A model generated the notes under the pieces. That model was not told the origin of the DNA. It saw only the letters and a program-made list of their open reading frames with translations, and did no database searches. Below are positions 38,082-45,415 of a DNA stretch of 64,000 nucleotides, piece after piece. Source of the stretch: Candidatus Woesebacteria bacterium GW2011_GWC1_42_9 (lineage in GTDB: Bacteria > Patescibacteriota > Microgenomatia > UBA8517); contig LCET01000002.1 in assembly GCA_000995185.1 (NCBI GenBank), positions 220-64,219 of the forward strand, given 5' to 3'. Position 1 is the first letter of the stretch. Every line of letters starts with the position of its first letter. Position numbers and translations under genes: made by a program.

Positions 38082-38613
38082 ATTTATATGAAGCCATAAT
38101 GGCAAAAAGGTCGCCAACCAGCCTGAGAGGCATACTCGATAACGCGTACCACTTGTAATCTTTAAGTTTCGCCCGATGTTCCTCATCAAGCGAATACCCC
38201 AGCTCAAATGTATAAACAACTAGGGGTCGGTTCGCTTTTTTAACCATATCCATAAACTCATCAAAATCATCCATGCCCTTGCGATACCCCAGGACAATAA
38301 TGCCAGCACCCTCAATGTCTTTAGGCTCAATTGAATGAAAATCTGTAATAATACCGTTTGAAACATCAAAAAAACCGGAACTTTTGAGAACGCCAAGTTC
38401 CCGTTTCATATCCTTACCAGACCCATCGTCCCTTTTCCCGCCGGAGGGACAGAAAATAAACACTTTACGACCGAGGTTCCGACCCAACCTAAAGAAGACT
38501 TTTATTGCTCTCCAAAAAATAATTATGAATCCAACGACGAAGATTACGAGGCCGAAAAGCCATTTGAGTAAATCCCAAATATCCAAGGCTGATGTAACTT
38601 TGTTAATATCCAT
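38068..38613 (-). CDS. Membrane-anchored protein with cytoplasmic Rossmann-like (TIR/DRT/STING-like?) domain
   Basis: An N-terminal TM helix (LFGLVIFVVGFIIIFW) is followed by KVFIFCPSGGKRDDG ... GIIVLGY ... RPLVVYTF, a beta-alpha pattern. It is the first gene of the operon with the NTase. Confidence 0.45.
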   Translation of the reverse strand: MDINKVTSALDIWDLLKWLFGLVIFVVGFIIIFWRAIKVFFRLGRNLGRKVFIFCPSGGKRDDGSGKDMKRELGVLKSSGFFDVSNGIITDFHSIEPKDIEGAGIIVLGYRKGMDDFDEFMDMVKKANRPLVVYTFELGYSLDEEHRAKLKDYKWYALSSMPLRLVGDLFAIMASYKYDKE

Positions 38614-38660
38614 CTCAATTTTGTCTTTAGCAAATTTTTTGTTTGCATCGGCAACACTGG

Positions 38661-38672
38661 TATGGTACCATA
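38661..38672. promoter_or_regulatory. Perfect 12-bp palindrome TATGGTACCATA in the lexA / NTase-operon divergent intergenic region (candidate operator)
   Basis: It lies 34 nt upstream of the lexA start and 48 nt upstream of the TM-protein start. It is the only perfect palindrome in the 92-nt spacer. Confidence 0.3.
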
Positions 38673-38705
38673 ATTGGTAGACGGATACAAGTAGACGCTT
38701 AATAA

Positions 38706-39323
38706 ATGTATTACAAACCCCTGTCAGAAAACCAAAATAAAGTTTTTGAAGCTATTTTGAGCAAAATTGCTTCAAACGAAGATGCCCCCAGCTTGCGGGA
38801 AATCCAGAAAATTACTGGGATTAAATCCTTGCGTGGGGTGACTCTGCAACTTGATACACTAGAAAAACTGGGCTTTATTGAAAGGAAAAAAGGTGTTAAA
38901 GGAATGTCTGTTAATGCAGCATTTCTAAAACCAAAAGAAAAGATATCTATCCCCTTTATGGCAAGTATTATCCCGGCCGGATATGCTTCTCCCGCAGAAG
39001 ATTATAGCGACCAAAAGATTGACGTTTCTCTCTCGGACACTAAAGGAATGAGAAATGTATTTGCTGTTAAAATAAAGGGCGAAAGTATGATAAACGCAGG
39101 AATAGAAGATGGTGATATTGCCATTATCTCCCCACAACAGGTTGCAAATAACGGTGACATTGTTGCAGCCCTATCTGAAGAGGGTGTTACTCTAAAAAGA
39201 TTCCGAATTGTAGACGACATTCCAATGCTTGTCCCTGCTAACCCAAAATACAAGCCAATTATTGGAGATTTCCAAATTCAAGGAAAGCTCATAAATTTAA
39301 TAAAAACAGAGCAAACCAACTAA
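38706..39323 (+). CDS. lexA: LexA repressor (S24 peptidase)
   Basis: N-terminal winged helix (LREIQKITGIKSLRGVTLQLDTLEKLGFIER). C-terminal S24 motifs (GESMINAGIEDGDIAII, catalytic Lys in TLKRF). Confidence 0.85.
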   Translation: MYYKPLSENQNKVFEAILSKIASNEDAPSLREIQKITGIKSLRGVTLQLDTLEKLGFIERKKGVKGMSVNAAFLKPKEKISIPFMASIIPAGYASPAEDYSDQKIDVSLSDTKGMRNVFAVKIKGESMINAGIEDGDIAIISPQQVANNGDIVAALSEEGVTLKRFRIVDDIPMLVPANPKYKPIIGDFQIQGKLINLIKTEQTN

Positions 39324-39529
39324 TTTAGCCCAATTCTCCTAAAAACACGGGTCAGATTAAGACAAGTTCAGCTCGAACGATGGTATGTTTTCCGAAGAAT
39401 TGATTGGATAACCGAGCTGGAATATCCTGAATTTACGAACAAGGAAGTGAATAGATTTCTCCAAATGAACTCTTAAATCGTTCGGCAGTTTGGGTCGAAA
39501 AAAAATCTTATTTAGCCTAAAATAGGACT

Positions 39530-40123
39530 ATGAGCAACCTGATAACTCTCAAAGATTGGTATCAACTAGATTTCAAGCTGGATAAGCCACCAAAAGCGGT
39601 TATAAAAGGGGTTGCACAACTTGTAAGCGATTTGAAAACAAAAAAACTTATCAATAAATGGTTCTATTTATTTGAGGGTAAAACATTTCGTGTCCGATTC
39701 CACTCGGATAACCCAGACGAATTAAAAAAGAGAATTGGCGAGACTGCGCAAAAATTCGGCTTGACCCCTGATCCAGAACACCCCCTTGAACCTTACTCTG
39801 AAGGTAATGATATGTTTGCCAGCCCAGAAATGGTAGAAACCTTTGCCAATATGATGGCTGAGTTATCAGAATTAACCGTTCAGAGAGCCAACAACAAAAA
39901 CTTTTTCGAGAACTACAAATTAGTAGAAAGACTGTCTCACTGCATTTTTAACAATGTTTACGGTTCGGATACGGAAACATATTTCCTCCTAAAAAGGATG
40001 GGGGTTAATTTCCAATCCAAAGACAATCCAGAGCAGACAGTCATTGATGACAACCAACAATATGAACTAACCACTCCAATCACAATGACCGTGCCATCAA
40101 TAAAAATACCCAAAAAACCATGA
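39530..40123 (+). CDS. Hypothetical protein (197 aa)
   Basis: It forms a two-gene operon with the next ORF through a 4-nt overlap. A weak resemblance to the lantibiotic-dehydratase C-terminal / thiopeptide-type domain (WFYLFEGKTFRVRF, EPYSEG) could not be confirmed. Confidence 0.4.
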   Translation: MSNLITLKDWYQLDFKLDKPPKAVIKGVAQLVSDLKTKKLINKWFYLFEGKTFRVRFHSDNPDELKKRIGETAQKFGLTPDPEHPLEPYSEGNDMFASPEMVETFANMMAELSELTVQRANNKNFFENYKLVERLSHCIFNNVYGSDTETYFLLKRMGVNFQSKDNPEQTVIDDNQQYELTTPITMTVPSIKIPKKP

Positions 40124-40812
40124 CAAATAAATTAACTACTTTATCAAAAAAGGTATTTAGGAGTTTAGGAGAACTTTTCTCCAGCCCAGAGATTTCAGCC
40201 CTATGCCAGGCTCACCCTATCACTGCGGGAATCTCTGCTTACTTCGGCGGAGCTTATCAGCAAGAGCAGTTTGACAATATGGTCACTTTTATGCACCTGC
40301 TCCATTCAAGGCTAAAAAGTGTCGAAGAAGATAAGGTTGACAAAAAATTTCTTAACTCAAAGGATGGTAAAAGGATTATCGGTAAAATCTTCAGAAGCAT
40401 ATCCCGTGACAATAGAATTGAAAAAATTAGGGCAATGTCAAACCTAACAGTCAATCTTTATACTAAGTCAAAACTTGCCGTTGATGAAAGAGAGGTTTAT
40501 GTCGACATTTTGGACAATCTTAATATCCTACAACTTTCAATTCTCCAAAATGCAATTCTTAAAATAAAAGCACGAACGAGTAATCAGCACCGAGGGTTTG
40601 GCTGGGAGAAAATGCAGAAAGAATATGAGGCAAAAGGAGTCACTGCTGCTTTACTTCTTCAATCAATAAGAAGCCTGGAAAACAATGGCTTAGTTAATAA
40701 GAATACTGCCCAACTTCAAGAACAAGATCAAACGCACTTTGTGACAGTCTTTGGAGAGCAGTTTTATACATTTATCTCAGACACAAAAACTCAAAACAAA
40801 CAAGCTCTATAA
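40120..40812 (+). CDS. Hypothetical protein (230 aa)
   Basis: ORF only. No family was recognised. Confidence 0.4.
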   Translation: MTNKLTTLSKKVFRSLGELFSSPEISALCQAHPITAGISAYFGGAYQQEQFDNMVTFMHLLHSRLKSVEEDKVDKKFLNSKDGKRIIGKIFRSISRDNRIEKIRAMSNLTVNLYTKSKLAVDEREVYVDILDNLNILQLSILQNAILKIKARTSNQHRGFGWEKMQKEYEAKGVTAALLLQSIRSLENNGLVNKNTAQLQEQDQTHFVTVFGEQFYTFISDTKTQNKQAL

Positions 40813-40819
40813 AACGAAG

Positions 40820-41728
40820 CTAAGGCTGTCTTTTTACTAAAAACTGCTCTAATAGCTTTCTGTTTATAACCAGTGTGTTCATCATATCTTCCATAAGTGG
40901 AGCGGTGTCAGTTATTCCATTGGCTAAAAATCCCCCCTCCTTTTCTTTTCCTGACAGAAAACCAGAATGTAAAAAGGCTGATCTTAACTTACTATAAAGC
41001 CTCTTGACCATTTTTGTTGCCTGATCAAGATTTTTACCTGTTAGCAATTCCTTGATTAAATCAACGATTGCTTGCCTTTCACTTTTTGTTTGGTGATTTA
41101 CTCTTTTCTTACAAACTGAACAAAAAGGATGACCTTTACAAAAAACGGGGTTATTTGCAAGTTGGTTTATAGATGACAAAAATAAAGTCATGTAGAGAGT
41201 ATATTTCAGGTGAGGATTTGGTATTTCCATCAATTCTGACGCCCAGACAAAAGTGTTCAAAGCATTGTCAAACTTTTCAAAATCTTTCTTTGTTAATCCC
41301 CACATTAACTCCACACAACCTTTAACTCTAAAAATATGGTTATTCTCTGGAGCAGTTCCACTATAACTTTTCGAATCGTTGTGTTTGAGACTCCCAAAGT
41401 ATTTAAGAACATCTTTAATTTCTTTTGCTTTGTTTAATCGGACAGCACTGTATCGTGTGGGTAATCCAGTTTCTAAATAAATTAGGTTTAGCAATCGCTG
41501 AAGATTGGCAAAGGTATTCTGGGCGTTTAACTCCTTTGAAAGTTCCAAGTAAATATAAACAACTCCCAAACCACGGAGACTCGCATCGTTTTTACCAGCA
41601 AAAATTACAACTCTTTTCTGATCGGAAAGGGGCAAAGGCTTTAACTCGTAATAAGGATCGTCGTTATTATAAGTATTTACAGGCAATTTGAATAAATATC
41701 GCCATGACGCAGTCGTTTTTTTCATCAT
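40820..41728 (-). CDS. Hypothetical protein (302 aa) with C-x2-C / H-x-C cluster
   Basis: CKGHPFCSVCKKRVNH suggests a zinc-binding element. No family was recognised. Confidence 0.4.
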   Translation of the reverse strand: MMKKTTASWRYLFKLPVNTYNNDDPYYELKPLPLSDQKRVVIFAGKNDASLRGLGVVYIYLELSKELNAQNTFANLQRLLNLIYLETGLPTRYSAVRLNKAKEIKDVLKYFGSLKHNDSKSYSGTAPENNHIFRVKGCVELMWGLTKKDFEKFDNALNTFVWASELMEIPNPHLKYTLYMTLFLSSINQLANNPVFCKGHPFCSVCKKRVNHQTKSERQAIVDLIKELLTGKNLDQATKMVKRLYSKLRSAFLHSGFLSGKEKEGGFLANGITDTAPLMEDMMNTLVINRKLLEQFLVKRQP

Positions 41729-41776
41729 TTCAAGTATACCTTTTTTCTCTGGTTTTTTGTATAATTTAGTTTAGTT

Positions 41777-41968
41777 ATGCCGAAGAATAAAGACGAGTTA
41801 CCAAAACTCTTAACTATAAAGCAGGCATCAGAAATCCTAAATGTGCATGTAGAGACTTTGCGGAGGTGGGGCAAAAGCGGGAAATTGAAGGCTGTTAGGG
41901 TTAATAAGCGAGGAGACAGACGCTATGATCCCAAAGATATTGAAATGATACTGAAAAATAAAAAATAA
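41777..41968 (+). CDS. Small HTH DNA-binding protein (excisionase/MerR-like)
   Basis: LLTIKQASEILNVHVETLRRWGKSGKL is a typical excisionase-type HTH. It lies immediately upstream of the restriction gene. Confidence 0.6.
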   Translation: MPKNKDELPKLLTIKQASEILNVHVETLRRWGKSGKLKAVRVNKRGDRRYDPKDIEMILKNKK

Positions 41969-41970
41969 AC

Positions 41971-44556
41971 ATGACCAATCTTTACCAAAAATTAAAATTA
42001 GATGTCACTAACTGGAGACAACAAGGCTACCCCTCCTCCTATCCTGCTATTACCACCATCCTCCAGCATAATCAAAGCAACTTCCTAAGAAAGGCACAAT
42101 TTGAGGCACTGGAGACTTACTGGTATCTCAGATTGGTTAAAAACACCCCGAATATCTTTGACCTTTATCAAAGCTATTTCCCAGGGAAAACCCTCTTTGA
42201 AGCCTTTGGACTGAAACACTTAATTGAAAACTTGCCAGAAGATCTAATCACCCCAGAGTTTACCCAGGGAATCCTGAAAAAAATTGAAACAGACGATGCC
42301 TTTGTAAAGCAAAATAAATTAGAAGCGCTAAGGGAAACACTCACCCTTTCCTATCCCAGCTACATCCTGGCATTGGCAATGGGAGCGGGTAAGACAATCC
42401 TGATCGCTTCCATCATTGCTACCGAGTTTGCGATGGCTTTGGAATATCAAGAGGAAGATGGTATTTTTATCAAAAACGCCCTGGTATTTGCGCCTGGAAA
42501 AACCATTTTAGGTGCTTTGAGGGAAATCTCAGATACTCCCTATAACAAGATACTTCCCCCTCGTTTTTACAAATCCTTTATCACCAATGTTAAATTCACC
42601 TACACCAGAGATGGTGAGAAAGATATTCCTGTTATTCGAGAGAGTTCCTTTAATGTCATCGTCACCAACACTGAGAAAATACGACTTCAAAAGAACAGCA
42701 TCCCCAAATCCTTCCTGTCTGGGCAGTTGAGGCTGGGCATTGAAGAAGCAAAGGAGCTGGTGGCTAATTTGAGGCTGCAAACCATCACTTCACTACCTCA
42801 CTTGGCAGTATTCTCGGATGAAGCGCACCACACCTACGGGCAAAAGCTGGCAAGCGATCTTAAAAGGGTCAGGCAAACCATCAACTACATTGCCGAGGAA
42901 ACTAACCTTCTGGTGGTCGTTAATACCACAGGCACGCCATACTTCCAAAGACAGCTTCTGCGGGATGTCATTTACTGGTATGGGCTGTCCCAGGGCATTG
43001 AGGACGGCATCCTCAAAGAGGTTAGGGGCAACATCATGGCTTATCCGAAGGTTTCTGAGAAAGACTTTGTTATCGATATTGTCAAAGATTTCTTTCAGGA
43101 ATACAAAGATGTCCGAGTTAATAACGGCGAATACGCAAAGTTGGCAATTTACTTCCCCCAGGTAGCAGATTTAGAGAAAGCCAAACCCATTGTCGAGCAA
43201 ACTCTTATTTCGTTGAAGCTCGACCCTTCAGTTGTCCTGCCAGTGCATAACAAATCAACTGACGAGATCAAAGACCTCTTTGATAATCGAATCAACGATC
43301 CTAAACTACCTTACAGGGTCTTCCTGTTAGTTAACAAAGGCACTGAGGGGTGGAACTGCCTGTCCTTATTTGCCACAGCCCTGGCAAGGAAACTTACTTC
43401 AAGCAATAACTTTGTTTTACAAGCTGCCAGCCGATGTTTAAGACAAGTCAACGGCAACACCAAAAAAGCCAAGATTTATCTCTCAAAAGATAATGTCTCC
43501 ATTCTTGATCGGCAGTTGCAAGAAACCTTTGGCGAGGGGCTGGACGATCTCAATAGGGTTGCAGCTGATATTCTATCAATCAAGGTAACCCTCAGAAAGA
43601 TTGAACTTGAACCACTACTGATCAAAAAGCTCATCCAAAAGATAGTCCCAGAAGACTTGAAAGCTGCAGAAAGTTTAAGAATCGATAAACCAGGCAAACA
43701 AGCGGTCAAATCCTTTGAAAAGACCATTTACTCCATGTCCAAAGCCCAGAGAAAAGGGGTGCTGGTTGAAGTGGGAACTAAAAAGGGAAGTGTAACAGAC
43801 AGGAAAATCGACCTGTTCCAAGCTGCCGTAGTTTTGGCTCATGCTTACCGCTTAGACTCGCTAAAAACTTATAAACTGCTTCAAGGCTTATATCCAGACG
43901 GAGAAATCGGGGCGTTTGAACTGGAGCTTATCCGCTCGCAAATAGAAAAACAAACCATGCGCTATAAAGTGGTTAACGAAACCATCGAAGAAGCATTGGC
44001 TCTTATCAAACAAAAAGGGTTTGAAGAAGAAACTGTTGACGGCAAAACCTCGTATGTGACCCATATCAGGGTTAACAAAACCTCTCTGGATAAATATGTG
44101 CTGGAGCTGAAAGACTACAGAGCAAAAGCTGGGCAGCTACCGCTCTTTGGCTTCCATTATGACCCCTACAACTTTGACTCTGGAGACGAGCGGGAGTTTT
44201 TTGAGAGAATGCTTACTAAACTTGGAGAAGACCCAGATAATGTTGAGGACATTTATTACACAGGTGCAATCAATGACCCTGCCAAAACCGATTTTATCTT
44301 TGAGTATAAAGACGATAAAGGAGACTGGCACAGTTATACACCCGACTTTTTAATTCGCAAGAAAGACGGCAAGTCCTTAATCGTGGAGGTCAAAGCGCCA
44401 AAATACAGGATTAAAGAGGCTGAAAAAGAGATGCAACAGCTGGAAGCGATAAATCCTGATAAAATAAAGTATGAACTCCTGCTCTTAGAGGAAGGAGAGT
44501 CAGTATTTGGTAAAGTCGCCCCAGTTTTTAACTGGATTTACCAAAACCAAAAATAA
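41971..44556 (+). CDS. Type III-like restriction endonuclease subunit (SF2 DEAH helicase + C-terminal PD-(D/E)xK nuclease)
   Basis: Motif I (AMGAGKTILIA), motif II (VFSDEAHH), and at the C-terminus YTPDFLI...SLIVEVKA, a PD..ExK arrangement. Confidence 0.7.
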   Translation: MTNLYQKLKLDVTNWRQQGYPSSYPAITTILQHNQSNFLRKAQFEALETYWYLRLVKNTPNIFDLYQSYFPGKTLFEAFGLKHLIENLPEDLITPEFTQGILKKIETDDAFVKQNKLEALRETLTLSYPSYILALAMGAGKTILIASIIATEFAMALEYQEEDGIFIKNALVFAPGKTILGALREISDTPYNKILPPRFYKSFITNVKFTYTRDGEKDIPVIRESSFNVIVTNTEKIRLQKNSIPKSFLSGQLRLGIEEAKELVANLRLQTITSLPHLAVFSDEAHHTYGQKLASDLKRVRQTINYIAEETNLLVVVNTTGTPYFQRQLLRDVIYWYGLSQGIEDGILKEVRGNIMAYPKVSEKDFVIDIVKDFFQEYKDVRVNNGEYAKLAIYFPQVADLEKAKPIVEQTLISLKLDPSVVLPVHNKSTDEIKDLFDNRINDPKLPYRVFLLVNKGTEGWNCLSLFATALARKLTSSNNFVLQAASRCLRQVNGNTKKAKIYLSKDNVSILDRQLQETFGEGLDDLNRVAADILSIKVTLRKIELEPLLIKKLIQKIVPEDLKAAESLRIDKPGKQAVKSFEKTIYSMSKAQRKGVLVEVGTKKGSVTDRKIDLFQAAVVLAHAYRLDSLKTYKLLQGLYPDGEIGAFELELIRSQIEKQTMRYKVVNETIEEALALIKQKGFEEETVDGKTSYVTHIRVNKTSLDKYVLELKDYRAKAGQLPLFGFHYDPYNFDSGDEREFFERMLTKLGEDPDNVEDIYYTGAINDPAKTDFIFEYKDDKGDWHSYTPDFLIRKKDGKSLIVEVKAPKYRIKEAEKEMQQLEAINPDKIKYELLLLEEGESVFGKVAPVFNWIYQNQK

Positions 44557-44558
44557 AT

Positions 44559-45413
44559 ATGATCACAAAACAATTTCTTGAAACATATCCACTGCTTAGA
44601 AAATACCCCATTACATTCGATAAACTAAGCCACAGTCAGTGGGGAACAAAAGGTGCTATTTGTAATCTTCCTAAACCAGCACTTAATTTATTCTGCAAAA
44701 AGTGCCAGAGCATGCAGACATTTAATATGGAAAATGACTTTGAACATTTTGCAGTCGACTCACCTGTAAGGCATTCTCCTGTAGGAAAAATCTTTGAAGT
44801 GAGATATCTGTGTGCTGGTTGCGGGCAATACCGACATACTTTTTATATCGAATTTGGTGTTGATAGAGCGCCAAAGGGAGATGCGAGAACATTTAGTGGC
44901 TGGATTCGCAAAATAGGTCAGTTGCCTCCGTGGGAAATTGATATTGATAAAAACATTGAAAAGGCATTGGGAGACGATAGTGTGCTTTACAAAAAAGGCT
45001 TAATCTGTGAGTCTCAAAGTTATGGAATAGGCTCATATGCTTATTTCAGGCGTATCACAGAAAACATTATCGACGAACTGTTAAATTCAATTTCTGATTT
45101 AATTGACGAGGGAGATAAAGAAAAATATGAACAAGCGCTGGAGAAAGTAAAAAAAACCAGAGTGACAGAAGAAAAAATTGAGTTAGTGCAAGACTTATTA
45201 CCATTATCACTACAACCCAATGGGCTTAATCCTTTGAAATCACTTCACTCTGCTTTAAGCGCTGGCATACACAATAAAACTGATGAAGAATGTTTAGAAT
45301 TAGCTGAGACAATAAAAGAAGTTTTAATCTACTTACTGGAAGAAATCAAAAATCGAAAAAATAGAGCAAAAGAATTTACAGAAAGAATGAAAAGATTACT
45401 TAAACAAAAATAA
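44559..45413 (+). CDS. Hypothetical Zn-ribbon protein encoded between the restriction and methyltransferase genes
   Basis: Four Cys (CNLPKP...CKKC ... CAGCGQ). C-terminal helical region. 3-nt gaps on both sides indicate co-translation with its neighbours. Confidence 0.45.
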   Translation: MITKQFLETYPLLRKYPITFDKLSHSQWGTKGAICNLPKPALNLFCKKCQSMQTFNMENDFEHFAVDSPVRHSPVGKIFEVRYLCAGCGQYRHTFYIEFGVDRAPKGDARTFSGWIRKIGQLPPWEIDIDKNIEKALGDDSVLYKKGLICESQSYGIGSYAYFRRITENIIDELLNSISDLIDEGDKEKYEQALEKVKKTRVTEEKIELVQDLLPLSLQPNGLNPLKSLHSALSAGIHNKTDEECLELAETIKEVLIYLLEEIKNRKNRAKEFTERMKRLLKQK

Positions 45414-45415
45414 AC

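Noticed and set aside
36663-38219. Longer 518-aa version of the nucleotidyltransferase ORF starting at 38219
   Set aside because: It would overlap the upstream gene by 152 nt. The internal Met at 38081 (MTKNEV) gives a normal 14-nt operon overlap and a typical CD-NTase N-terminus.
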